Positions 25,020-37,700 of a stretch of DNA of 64,000 nt are shown here, piece after piece (position 1 is the first letter of the stretch; each line of letters opens with the position of its first letter). The translations under genes were made by a program, and so were the position numbers. The notes under the pieces are model-generated. The model did not search any database. It was not told the DNA's origin and was given only the letters and a program-made list of their open reading frames with translations. This DNA comes from Iphione sp. A-MEVVRFRX5 (lineage: Eukaryota). Location of the stretch: positions 78,864,001 to 78,928,000 of the forward strand of contig OZ320317.1 in the NCBI GenBank assembly GCA_976226885.1, written 5' to 3'.

Positions 25020-26560
25020 GATGCATCGCTGGCTTCCCGTTCGTGTCGGCGGTGGTGGGACTGACGTTGGAGACGGTCGGTGTCGTGCGGCGGCGGGGTT
25101 GGCCGTGAGAGTCAGTGAGTGATGGGGCGGTATCCGTCATTGAATAACGCCTGGCTCACCGCGACTTGCGTCACGACTTATTGAACCCATTGCCTACTCG
25201 CACACACATCGCCTCCGACAGCCGGACGCGTCGCGCGCATGCGTTAACCGGCTGAAGTCCATTACGCACGAGCGCGCCATTCCGGCCCCAGCCAACGCCC
25301 TCCCAGCCATACCCTGGGGCCTCATGTCCCTGGCCGCCGCCAGGGCTCGCCCCAAATCGCGCGTGGTCGTGCGTGGAGGCGACGCGGCCTTAATTAAGTG
25401 GCAATGTCTCCCGGACGGAAGCTATTTCCAGTCATTTCCAGACGGACGCCACCGGCGCGCGGCAGATGACGGTACTTCCGGCTGAAACCTATCGTTTTTT
25501 TTATCTAGAAAGGTGGAAGGGGTGACGCCCGACGAGTCTGCGCCATCGATTTAACCTAATTTTCCTTTCGACAGGCTCTCGCCCCGTTGCCGGCTCATCC
25601 TTTTAAAAGGCTGGCGTGACGTATATGTACAACTCGACGCCGACACGGCAGTGCCCACCACTAAGTTGTAATTAAGATGTGCGCCGTTATGATTTAATGC
25701 CAGCACCTGCCAGTCGAGCGGGCCGAGCAGACGATCCGTCAGCGCGCTCGGTCGTNNNNNNNNNNNNNNNNNNNNNNNNNNNNNNNNNNNNNNNNNNNNN
25801 NNNNNNNNNNNNNNNNNNNNNNNNNNNNNNNNNNNNNNNNNNNNNNNNNNNNNNNNNNNNNNNNNNNNNNNNNNNNNNNNNNNNNNNNNNNNNNNNNNNN
25901 NNNNNNNNNNNNNNNNNNNNNNNNNNNNNNNNNNNNNNNNNNNNNNNNNNNNNNNNNNNNNNNNNNNNNNNNNNNNNNNNNNNNNNNNNNNNNNNNNNNN
26001 NNNNNNNNNNNNNNNNNNNNNNNNNNNNNNNNNNNNNNNNNNNNNNNNNNNNNNNNNNNNNNNNNNNNNNNNNNNNNNNNNNNNNNNNNNNNNNNNNNNN
26101 NNNNNNNNNNNNNNNNNNNNNNNNNNNNNNNNNNNNNNNNNNNNNNNNNNNNNNNNNNNNNNNNNNNNNNNNNNNNNNNNNNNNNNNNNNNNNNNNNNNN
26201 NNNNNNNNNNNNNNNNNNNNNNNNNNNNNNNNNNNNNNNNNNNNNNNNNNNNNNNNNNNNNNNNNNNNNNNNNNNNNNNNNNNNNNNNNNNNNNNNNNNN
26301 NNNNNNNNNNNNNNNNNNNNNNNNNNNNNNNNNNNNNNNNNNNNNNNNNNNNNNNNNNNNNNNNNNNNNNNNNNNNNNNNNGGATACCGTCGTGAACACC
26401 GCAGCTGAACATTAAAGCGAACGGCGACCGCCGCCGACTCCTCCGCCGCCGCTGCTGCTGCACTTCCAACATTTGCTATTAAAGGCCGATTGATGAATAA
26501 GTCATAAACTATCAGTACGCCATTCCCCACTTGAGCGGCGGTCATGAATAGAGAAGAGCG
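25020..26560. promoter_or_regulatory. CpG-island-like region spanning the assembly gap
   Basis: Dense CG/GCGC on both sides of the N run. TAATTAA, ATTAAAG and GTCATAAA homeodomain-type sites, plus (CCG)n/(CTG)n tracts at 26425-26460. Confidence 0.45.
25756..26381. other. Assembly gap or masked segment (626 N)
   Basis: Uninterrupted N run. The poly-X ORFs in the track are artefacts of it. Confidence 1.
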
Positions 26561-27488
26561 AAGACCTCGCTATTTTGTCGTCATTGGTCATTGTTTTTCA
26601 TCAGAGACTTTGGCATTGTGGGACAGGACACACAGTCCCTGGTGCGGACGGCTGTCGTCGAAACGACTCATCTTTGTCCTCTCTTTTTTCGGTAACTGCA
26701 TTTGCAACAGAGCAAAGCGACCTTTTCGACGCAAAGATCACAAGGATTTCAACACGTGACAGAGTCAGTTTATGGCACAGTGACGGCCCTAATTGGACAA
26801 CCCTGGTCTGGTGTAATAATGGAGGGTCCTGATCTTCGCTTCAGGCTGAAATCAGTACGTGATTTGATCGCATTGCCTAGGACGAACGTTTGAATAACTA
26901 CGGAGGAAATTCTGATCTGCTCCGTAGATTTAGCGATTCAACGGTAATAATAGAAACTCACATTAGTGACTTCGTTTGACATTCAGGCCGGATACAGAGT
27001 GTCCTTCAATCTTCTGGTCATGTAAAATATGTAACTGCAACGAAGGGATGATCATGCATATAATGATATTTGAGATGCACGTGACATTACGCAAATATGA
27101 GGCGGGAGGTTATTGTAGAAGCTGAAAGAGAGGCTATGAAAATGCCACAGAGGGCTCATGAAATATGAGCATAGCCGATACCTCAGGTAATAGATAGTCT
27201 CCCTTTGCCGATGCGATACCACCGGCAATTTTCCGCATATCATACACCCACACAGTTTTTTTTAAATGACCAGCAGTATACGCTGCACAAGTGACCGGGG
27301 GCAGTTGGATAGTCGGTCATCCATCTAGGTTTAACTAGACTAAGTTTCACGACTATAAAAGCCTTGTCACTATAAAAAAAATACGGTTGTTTCCAAGTAG
27401 ATGTGCTGTGAAATACACGTTTGAATCATATACTGAAGGCTTACAAAGAAAGATAAAAACATAAAAAGAAAGTACGAAAGAAAGACCA

Positions 27489-27548
27489 ACAGAAACAGAG
27501 ACAGGGAGACAGAATGACAGACAGGCAGACAGACAGAAACAGAGACAG
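27489..27548. repeat. (GACA)/(GAGACA)-rich microsatellite
   Basis: acagaaacagagacagggagacagaatgacagacaggcagacagacagaaacagagacag. Confidence 0.8.
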
Positions 27549-30049
27549 TATCCAAGCACTGCGGAGGAAATGGAAACATGAACGTCACATATTGTATCCT
27601 CAAACGAGATGCAAAGGGTGGGTACCCTTATACTGAGCGCTACCTGTAAACCCGCTAGGTTTCCTTTGCTATGACCATGCGGCACAATTCTTCTCAGCCC
27701 AGGCTAATGTAGGAAAGCAGGAGAAGGAGGAAAAAGAGCGTCTCGTGCAATAAAGGACAAAGTCAGACGGTCTATAAAGTGAAAAAGAGCCTTTCATGAA
27801 CGGGGGGGGGGGCTGAAGGAGAAAAACAGACGGCCAAGGCAGCTCAGAGAAGTATCCGTCTCCTCTTTCTCTTCCTTCGGAGGGCAGTGGCCTACCATCC
27901 ACTGGCCGCCCATTATGAAAGTCGGACGAAATTCCAATTTCCGGTCAGCAGCCATGTTGGGCTCACCAAAGGGGAAGGGTTCAGCAGGCGGGCGGCTCGG
28001 GCAGTGTGGGCAGTTCGCTGAAGGAGCAAGGGGTGCGCGCTATAGGGGAGAACAAATAGAGGGAAACTAATGGGCTGCTACTGTAGGAATGAGAGGTAAT
28101 TGAAGTGGAGTGGCTTACTCTGCTTTGTGACAGAGGTACTTTATAATAATATACCCTGCGAAGGAACGGCACGGATGGCTTAGCGAGGTTGATGCCTTGT
28201 TGCTTGTTGCATTTACTGGATATGGGAATCGCTTCAATGTAATCCTGGCCAATCTAGGATATCCAAATACCAGAAGTAGATGTGATGCGAAAAAATAAAC
28301 TACCAGAAATATTTTCGTCCAACGCCTGATTCCCGATATGATGGCTACGTAATGACGCTGATTGTAAGCCCCTTCACTCCATTGAGTCGTAGCATGAAGC
28401 TCCAACCAGGAAAAACGGACTAAATGACAGATTGAATTCGGTAAACGTTATTTACCATGAGGCGGTACGTGTGGCATGCCGCTACTGCTTTTTGTGGCTA
28501 TTTATAGTGCTATGCAGATTTCTGGACGCGTGCCAAATATGGAAATATAGAGCGAGCAGGACATTTATTGCAAATATAAAGATTCATTCAAAAAATCCAA
28601 TCGTGAGATCATGGCTGACAACTAGGGGCCTTTCACACTACGAGCCATATCATCCCCCTTTACATTTTTTACATTGCTATAGAACAGGAGAATGAAACAA
28701 GAGTAATAAACTATCACATCTCGCGCCAATTTATGATTTGATCAGATAATCATTTTTTATTCTGTTTCTTATACGATGCGTTATAGTTAAGATTTTGCAA
28801 TGATATTCAAAGCCTCAAAGAAATTACTTGGTTACCTTGAAAGAGTAACAACGTTAAATCTGTTTAGCACGGACGACTTACACAATAAATTCAATGTGGT
28901 GTTATATTTAGACCATTACTCATTTTTGCAAGGCTGAACTACATTACATGGACGCAAAAACTTCCATTCCTGTCAGCCAGATACTTATATATTTTCCAAT
29001 ATTCTCGTCCATCATACAGACATGAGTCCCAGTACTCGATAAATCTCATTCGAGCAGCACATACACAAGAAAACGCTAAACCCTTGTTCAAAATGCCTAG
29101 TGTTGACTCAATCGAATAGCGCGTGTGATTTCAAGTCAATTCGAAGCGATCCTGATGACCTTCAGACTGGATGAGCTGCTCGCTCATGGAAAAGGCGGTT
29201 TCCATCAGCTGCTCAGCATACAATACCAAGTGCCGTCAGCATACCGCGCTGGGTAGGCTGGAGATTCGCCCTCCCCTGATTGCCAAGAAAGCTGAGCCTG
29301 TACTGTTTGCCTTTATTGCAGGGTTTAGTGCCAGCCCATCGCCCTGTATGGATGCACTACGGCTGTATATGTATACGCACGGTAGGGTGGCTATTGGAGG
29401 ATGTCACTAGGGTCAGGCAACTGTGAAGGATTTCCATCTCGTGTGAGGGACGGCCCGGCAAGGCAATAGATCTGAACGGCCACAATTGGCTGGAGATAGA
29501 CAAGGCAGGTCCCGCCACCTCATAACCAGTGGAGGTGCCGGGCCGTTGACCTGAATGAGACTGCATGTACGTTCGACAGGCTTAGCTCGGGGTCTTTATT
29601 GAGGCATATTGGTGGATCTAGGATCTTGGTATTGAGAAATAGAAGTCAAGGGGAATCGCCAGTCTTGTTTACGCACACACATGACTGACAGGGAAGTAGA
29701 TATATTGAATAGGTATAACTAGAAAAGTATAGACAAAAAGTTGACTCTGGAAGGTTCCTTAAATGAGGAGAAATGAGAGTTTTCCCATACCGTTTCTAGA
29801 ATCATATTGGTAACAATTCAAAATTCGTTTTCATAATACTTTCTATGCGTCTACCCACACACTTTACTTCTAAATGAATATCCACTCAAATCGATATAAA
29901 AATACTTTAATATTCTATATGCTGATAGAGAACAATACTCCCTGATTTCATCTCGATTAGAAAAATCCATTCCTCCCACTAAATCAACTGGGGATATTCA
30001 GTCCTCGCTAGACAGAGGTCCTTTTTGTCCTCTCTGCTCTTTATCAGAC

Positions 30050-30660
30050 CGAAGTCGGTACGTTGCCGCCGTACGTTACTGTGACCAGTTTACCGTCATC
30101 GCTCAACAGGCTCCGCCGACAAATGACATGCAGCACATCTCTCCGGAAAGTCAAATAAGCAGTCCCGCTTGGTGACCGGCGGCGGCGCTGGCGGCCGGGG
30201 GCCCGGTAATCGTCACTTAGCCGTAATTGTCATGGAAACTGTGCGGAAACAATCATCATTTACCGTCGGCTGACGACCGAGGCGGCGGTATAGCGGCTGA
30301 GGGTGAGTGTGGACGGCTGGGGCGGGACAGCGCGCCGTCTATTGACCGCTTCGTCTGCCGTCCGTAAAGCTAGCGGGCTAATTGCATCACAATTCCTCTC
30401 ATCTCTTCACTTCCTTCAAACCCCCCCTATACCCCCTCCTCTCCCCTTTCCTCCTGCTCCTTTTGCTGGCGACAGGAAACATACCCTACGTACCCGTGGT
30501 GGTGATGGTGGTGGTGCAGCGGGTGCTCTTGGAGGGACGTCTTTCCTGCTGGGGATAACGATGAGAGGGAGGGAGAGAGGGGGGAGAAATGAACGGGAAA
30601 CGACGCGAGGACGACGACGACGACAAGGACGACGACAACGATGACTGTAGCACGACGAGA
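30050..30660. promoter_or_regulatory. GC/CpG-rich block with polypyrimidine/polypurine tracts and a (GAC)n repeat
   Basis: CpG-dense 30100-30380, a C/T tract at 30395-30465, a G/A tract at 30560-30600 and (GAC)n at 30601-30645. The ORFs here are low-complexity artefacts. Confidence 0.35.
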
Positions 30661-33600
30661 CACAAACCGTTCTCAGGAAAGGCATCCCCACCAGGAATGA
30701 TTCGATTACAAATAAAGTGGGGACGCTGGTAGCACCCCCTAGTGATACTAGTACCAGCTTCCCTCGGTAGGATGTCGGGCCTCTGCCGAGACGGTGGGGG
30801 GGGGAGGGTGGGATGGCCAATTTGAAACTGTGCGAGTACTTCCGGATATAATCTGCTCTAAGCCATGTTCAGGATAAGGGCCGTCTCCATTGCATCGATT
30901 CTTTTTCGAAAAGATTCACGCATTCTCCACTATAGCGGCTTTTGAAGCTGGTAATCTCATACCGTATATATAAGATTGCGAGAGAGAAATACAGATGGGA
31001 TTGGACGCCCCAAGCCTCATTGGTATGTATCTGCACTGTACTTTGCAATCTACGCTGCTAGGTCGGTCGATGCTTATAGCGATGAAAATAAGAAAACTTT
31101 ATTTGGTGATTCCGTAGTGCACGGTCTTTTTTAAAGTACATTTTATCATTCAATAAAAAAAATCACTTATAACCTAGGATGGGGAATTGAATATTGAGGT
31201 GGAGTGTATGCGATGTGCAGGACTTGAGTCAGCAACATCGGTCATCATTGAACACATCCATTCTGAGTATTCCCTTGAATAATTTACTTTAGGAGCCAAA
31301 TGAATCGGATGGCTGTTGCTTTCTTCGCTTCTCCCTGCGGTGCCGTTATGCCCATTCTCCTGATAGATAACCAGACTGCCGTGAGACTATAGGGTAAATA
31401 TGGTCCGAGGACATTAGTTCTGCTTGGTCTCGGAGAGGGAGCCTTGTCCTCGGTAGCTCCATCGCCACAGCAACCAATCGGACAAGTCCCAAAACACGGG
31501 GCGAGCTTTCGTATTGCTTCTCCCAACGTATTAATTTCACACCGCCTACACTTTGGAGGACAATAATTGTTGTGCCTTATGATATTAACGGATCGTTCTA
31601 CCTCTCACTAAAGAAAAGGCAGAATTCTAAACTTTTCTCGAGGTCCACACATGTGAGGAGCACGGTGAAGTCAAGTCAAATCTGTTTATTGAGTAAACCA
31701 ATGTCCCGGCTTATCTGGGTGACCTGCGACCGACACTCAGTTGTTAGAACATAACCACATGACTGCTAAGGACCATAGTGTAATATGGAAAATTTAAATT
31801 GATCTTCGTCTTTCGAAAAACATTAGGATAATAGGATTCGACGAGGCATTCTTTTAAGCTGTGTCTTCTTCATCATCCTCAATCTTGGACTGAGATTATT
31901 CCACCATGTGCCACTCTGGTAGTGGAATCCTCGGCATTGTGTTGGTTTGGTGGTACTCGCGTTTCCAGTGAAAAAAAAGATGTCTGTTGACACCTGTATG
32001 AAGAGGACGTTCGCTAAAGACCTTTTCCTTCCCTCAAACGAACGCGTTAAAATATCCTATTGATTTTCAGGCGGGTAGGCTGGGCTGAAGTGGGTTGAGT
32101 AGGAAACCGTCTACCCCTACCATGATGGTAAGCCTCTTAAAGTTAACCGGCATTGGGCGTGTAAGCCAGCGCTAGGCAGCCTCCACATTTTTATGGTGGC
32201 CCTTTGTAATAAAATAAGACTGATTCATGTGAAAACCGGTTTGGCTTAAGTCCTCCGGTAAGGTAGCTTATCGCCCATTCGCTGTGGAGCGGCAAAGGTC
32301 ATTGTTCTCGTGTTAAGCCATAACGTAGCACAACCCAAGGTGCCAGCTAGGAGAACTTAGACAATTGCTTGCTTGTTCACATCAGTCATGAGAGATGACC
32401 GTTCGCCCATGGCGCAAGAGACTATGGGGTTGCTTGAGCTGTTGTCTGCTAGAAGGAGGTGATTATTGAGTCTAATGAAAGAACGCGAACCGCCCCCTAA
32501 GAATGACCGCCTAAATTCAGCGGGCAAACAAAACTCGAGTGACGATAACGAATGAGTTGCTGTCACGCACAGCTGAGCCAGAACACCAGCTGCGGGGCCC
32601 CACGACCGGTAATTAATGTTTCTTTTATGCGTTAAATACAATGATAGCGGATTCGATTCACGCGTAAGGGTGATAGAATAGAAACAAATGATACAGGCTA
32701 ATAATGGTTGATATGTCAATTTGTGTAGGTATTTCATACATCCTACGTCGCCGAGATCCGGCTTTCTCGTTGAAAGTATCAACATCATTGGAGCACGTGA
32801 TCTTTCATACCCGGAAGTGATAAATTGATGGTGCCACGGGAAAATACATGTCAACACTCCTACGGGTCTGTATGGCAGAACCCATTTTCCTGCTCGGCGA
32901 AGGATGTATCGGCGATCGGGAGCAGCCTGCGATACTCTACCGCAGTTGCACACGGGATGTCCTCGCTCAATAAGCCTTGTCATTCACTACAGTCTATGGA
33001 ATATGCTCGTGATTACTCCAAGAAAGTAAATGAGTCTTGGTATGTGTAGAACTTTATTTCGTCAAGCACTGCACATCTTGCATTGCCCTCTCGTCACTCG
33101 CAATTTAACGTAATCCTCGAATAAATATACCGGTACATGTATTGCAGATTGTGAGTCGTTTCATTATAAACACTAAAGCTTTTAGAAAGGGACAGTACTG
33201 CCTTTGCTGAGCCGCTGATGATGTATAACACTTGCTAATGTATACAGTTGCAAAGTAGACAAAAACATCATTAAGGAAACTTATGTGCCTCGGTCTTAGA
33301 GGCCAAGGAGAATTTATGTTTTAGTGCGAGCGACGATTTTTCTATTCACGCCCACCAACAAGTAGTGGGAGGTAAGTTGGGATTGTATGGAGCGATAGAA
33401 AAGCGTCACTGCATGCGTGCAAGACATATACACAAAGCAGACACGTAAGTCTGTCTATTCTTAGTGACAGGAATTTCAAATCAGTTTATTTAGTTAAAAA
33501 TGAAAAATCCTTGCGGTATAATACGCTGCATCTTTTGAGAATTGTGGTGTGGATGGGCAAAGTACACGTTAGAAATGATAACCATTACGTGTGCCGAGTG

Positions 33601-34250
33601 CCAGCGTATTGTCGGCTGCTAGCACATAATTATTTGCTACAGTTGTAGGCATGATGCTCTCTAGACAGACCGTTAGACATATTTCCAAAATGAATGCCTA
33701 TGTCTATTCATTCAGAGCTAAAAGTAATAAGCTTCCTAGTAATTCTGTATGCGATACAGACTAAGGGAATTTCCTCCAAAATGTGTGTTTCAATATGATT
33801 TCATGGACCCTTCAAGTATCGGATTTAGAAAACAAGCACTATTTTGCCCCAGTTAGATATCATGTGGCCTGTCTCACTGAATCAGATTCAAGCAAGAAGC
33901 CATAATGGCGCTCATGTTTTCATTTTCTCACGATTAATTTAGGAAGCGTAAAAACTTTCCACTTTTAAGAAGGCACTAGTCAATAATAAGACTACTTAAT
34001 GTATCAAGATTGATTAAAAAATTCTTTCCAATTCTGCAATACAGAACATTCATAAAGCTCTCATTAGATTATATTTTTCTGTTGATAAATCAAACCAACA
34101 CAAGTCTGTCGTCTTGTTTTTCGTGAATTCAGTTTAGAACACTCACTCACCAAAAGAAATCCTTTACTTGCTGTGATTTGTCCTCTGACCTTTCACGGCG
34201 GTTAATCCAAATAGGAGTTCCACAATCAGCCATGTTAAAACATACAACTA

Positions 34251-34797
34251 CAGTAGAGCCTCTCCTAAAGACCGCTTCACAGGGAAGACCAAACCTTGGG
34301 AGAGACCAAAATCAGTCAGAACGGAACAAATTTCTCTACATTTCCTATATATAAAAACCTCTCAATAGAGACCACTTCACAGGGGAGACCACCTCTGGGG
34401 AGAGACCAAAAATTTCAGTACCAAAGACCAGGTTTTGCCTCACAGAGGCAACCAAGAGCTCCTTTGATGGGTACCAACAACTGGGAGAGATGCAACTTTG
34501 CTCCCGACAATGGGAACAAGGTACGATTCTTGCTCCTTTGATGGGTACCAACAACTGGGAGAGGTGTAACCTTGCTCCCAATCTCAATCACCTAGGCAAT
34601 GTATAAAGGATTTATATAATTTAATGAATAAGAGTCCATATCAGTTTTTTCTCTTTTGTTGTATTTGACTAACATTTATTATCATTTGGGGATCATTTGG
34701 GAGCACAGAGGACAAGTGCTTCACAGGAGAGACCGCCTCTCAGTTGAGACCAAAATTGGTCAGTCCCAAGCTTGGTCTCCTAAGAGAGGCTTTACTG
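34251..34797. mobile_element. Complete Tc1/mariner-pogo(Tigger)-like MITE, about 547 bp
   Basis: Left TIR CAGTAGAGCCTCTCCTAAAGACC (34251-34273). Right TIR reverse complement CAGTAAAGCCTCTCTTAGGAGACC (34774-34797). TA on both flanks (34249-50 and 34798-99). Repeated subterminal CTTCACAGG.GAGACC motifs; no ORF. Confidence 0.85.
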
Positions 34798-37700
34798 TAT
34801 GAAGTTCTCTTTTCTGAATATGACCAAAAGATAAGAGAATATAAAGATACTTACGGGTCAATATGAGCAGAAATGGACCAAATTTATGAGTAATACTATA
34901 GGTCAACCTCGCGTCAGGGTGTGTCCTCAGGGATCTGCAATTAAAGCATATTGTTATCTACATGTATTCGGTGTTTAGGGTAAAAATACAATCGTCGTTT
35001 GAGAGATCATTCTTTAAGACGCGTCTCTGTCAAAAGTGGAAGTATTGTTAGGATACAACTACAATATACAAGGTCAATATATAATATACAAGATTTCGGA
35101 TCAACATCGACTGACATATATCCTTTACATAGATTTGTGAATACAAGGGAAAGCCAACGCTACTTCCTCGAATCTCCCATCTATACCTGGTTAGAAACAG
35201 CATTGTTTCGAAACACCCTTCAACACTCAAATAACCTGCAATCCAAATGATTATCTGGCATCTTGAATAGAAGTCAATAAATGTTTTTTTCCATATCTTT
35301 GTTCTTGATGTCAAAGTTATTATTTTGCAACGCACATGAAGGTGGGGGCATCATTACAATGGGTGCAATATAGTTTGTGCAAGGCCGACCAAGAAAGACA
35401 GCATGCAATTTAAATCGAAACTACTTAAGAGGACCACAACAACCGGTCGGAACGTTGAGTGTAAAACACCATATCAGCAATAAAAGGCAAATCTGATGAT
35501 CTGTGACTCTTGATATAATCTCTACATTATTCAAGGTTTAGACAATTTCACTATATTGAATGATCCTGTTACATGTTGTTGGCCCCGATCTTGCGATTCA
35601 CTTAAAGTCTTTACTATACATGTATTTTTAAGAGGTCTTGTTCATGTAATCCTAATAGTTTAGCACAATGTTGTATTGTGAGAACAAGTGTGAATTATTA
35701 CCTCATTTAATTGGAGAAAACAACTGTAGCGTTTTATGAATGCACGGGAAAGCGTCCAGTTTTCACTGGAATAATTATGCATCCCAGTAAATTTTACAGT
35801 CAATCATTGGAATATTTCATGTAGGCGTAGTACGTCAACTTGTTTTGTGCTAGTTCTATTGGAAACGAAAGCTCAGTCATTCCATCCGTTACCTGATTAA
35901 CACTGCAGTTCTAAATCGTTGAGGATCACGTCACCATATGTTCTATTTATGGGCAGGGGACATTCCATACCGCAGTTTTCGCTGTCGCACCTGTTCATTT
36001 CACTAGATTTGTGCCTATAATATCGTATATCAATCTTTTGACCTGAAGATGAACAACCGTGCGTGTTCATGGTACTGAGTGGCCTGAGTAACAAGTATCA
36101 TCTTGGTTTCTTAAAAATTGTGGCTAGTAGATCTGTTTGAGGTATATGTCGCACAAAACCAAGGTGCCCTAACACTGCTTGTATTTTATGAGAACCACAT
36201 GCATTGTATGGGAAATACTCACAAAATGGTTAATTTTTTAGGAACAATATGTTATAATTAATTGAATTAAGACTGGAATTTGTTTTTTTGAACAAATGCG
36301 ACCGTTTTGTCTCATTGTAAGTATGCTCATTTTTTCGTATCTTTATGAGAAACATGACACTTGTTTTGCCTAAGATAAAGATGTAAAGGCCATGCGAGGT
36401 CGTAAGAAGTCGTAAGTTGATTTCATCCCTGCTGTGTGGTATTTCAAGAAAACCACTTTTTAATGCTTTGCAAACCGCAGTAACTTGGCAAGATGCTGGC
36501 AGTCCACTGACTTAATAAGATTTTGCAGATATTTTTAACGTTCACTCGTCAAAGGATACTTATGCAACTTCGACACGTTGAATAAAGCGCTCGTACATTC
36601 TGCATTCAAGGCTGATTTCCCTCCGCCAGTTTTTAAAACGTATCTCACCTCATTGTTAAACGATTAAGAAGATTGGCAAGTTCCACTTAATCTATACTTC
36701 TCATTCAGATAAAGAATCCGCATTCTAACGCGTCCGAATAGTCTAAGACGATTCCCGTTTGTAAACAAAAAAAAATCCAGCATATATATTTGAAACTCGA
36801 AACGCCTTCAAGGGGATAAAGGAGCTTATGATTGTGCTTTGATGGATATCATGTGGTAATGTAGTTTCAGTGTATTGTACATATTTAATGCATTCAAATC
36901 CAGGAAGACGGATTTGTCGGAGCTGAAACCGGACCGGCCGCTCTTAACCAGGTCCTGCCGCCACGGCTCGTATCCTCCCTTGCTGACGCCAAACCTGTCG
37001 TAAGCAGATAGGGGAGTTGCGCTCTCCAGGGGTGACATGAGGCTGGCATGTTAAATGTATCGCTACGTCCTCGGCTGAAGAGTATAACTAATGAACGGAT
37101 TAATGTGTGGGGTTGGAAAGTGGGGGGAGGCCGCCTGGAGTACACCCAGGCTGACGGGGGCAGCCCGCACAGAGTATGTCACAGCATCACCTATGTATAT
37201 ATCACTTGCTTGCGAGACACAAGGGAACCAATGACACTGCGCCAGTGCAGGACAGGCTCCTTTAATAGAATTAGAAGGCAACATCTGTCTCCTGACACCG
37301 TGCTGCTGTTACAGTCGACCCGCTCCAACCCCAACAGCTCTCCTACCTCACTCCCGTCCACCCACGCCCCCACTATCCCCGTCCCCTCCCCCCCCAGCCA
37401 CATCCCCCGACACCGCCGTTTGTAATTCATAATTATAAGCTGACGAGATGCAGGCGTGGGATCTACCGCTCAATTATTAAGGGGACATCGAGGCGGACAG
37501 CCTCTAGATGAGCGTGAATAAAAAAAAACTCCCCGAAATGTTCCCAACCGGAAGGACGGGTACCCAAGGCAATCCCGGTGGTTTGACTGAGATTATTTTC
37601 CTCGGCAGCGAGGGAAACAACATGTAGATTCGGAGACGACCCTGAAGATGAATGAAGTAAGGCGTGTGCATCAGGGAATTACAGGGAATCATACTGACTT

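Noticed and set aside
25551-26545. Four 238-282 aa ORFs in the track
   Set aside because: Artefacts of translating through the N run.
30303-30820. Arg/His/Pro-rich ORFs
   Set aside because: They derive from simple repeats and purine/pyrimidine tracts and appear in several frames on both strands.
32357-32983. 208-aa minus-strand ORF
   Set aside because: Atypical composition, no recognisable domain and no clear splice context; consistent with a chance ORF.
36486-36501. TGGCAAGATGCTGGCA, matching the 5' part of miR-31
   Set aside because: The 3' end diverges (GTCC instead of TAGC) and there is no complementary star arm to form a pre-miRNA hairpin.
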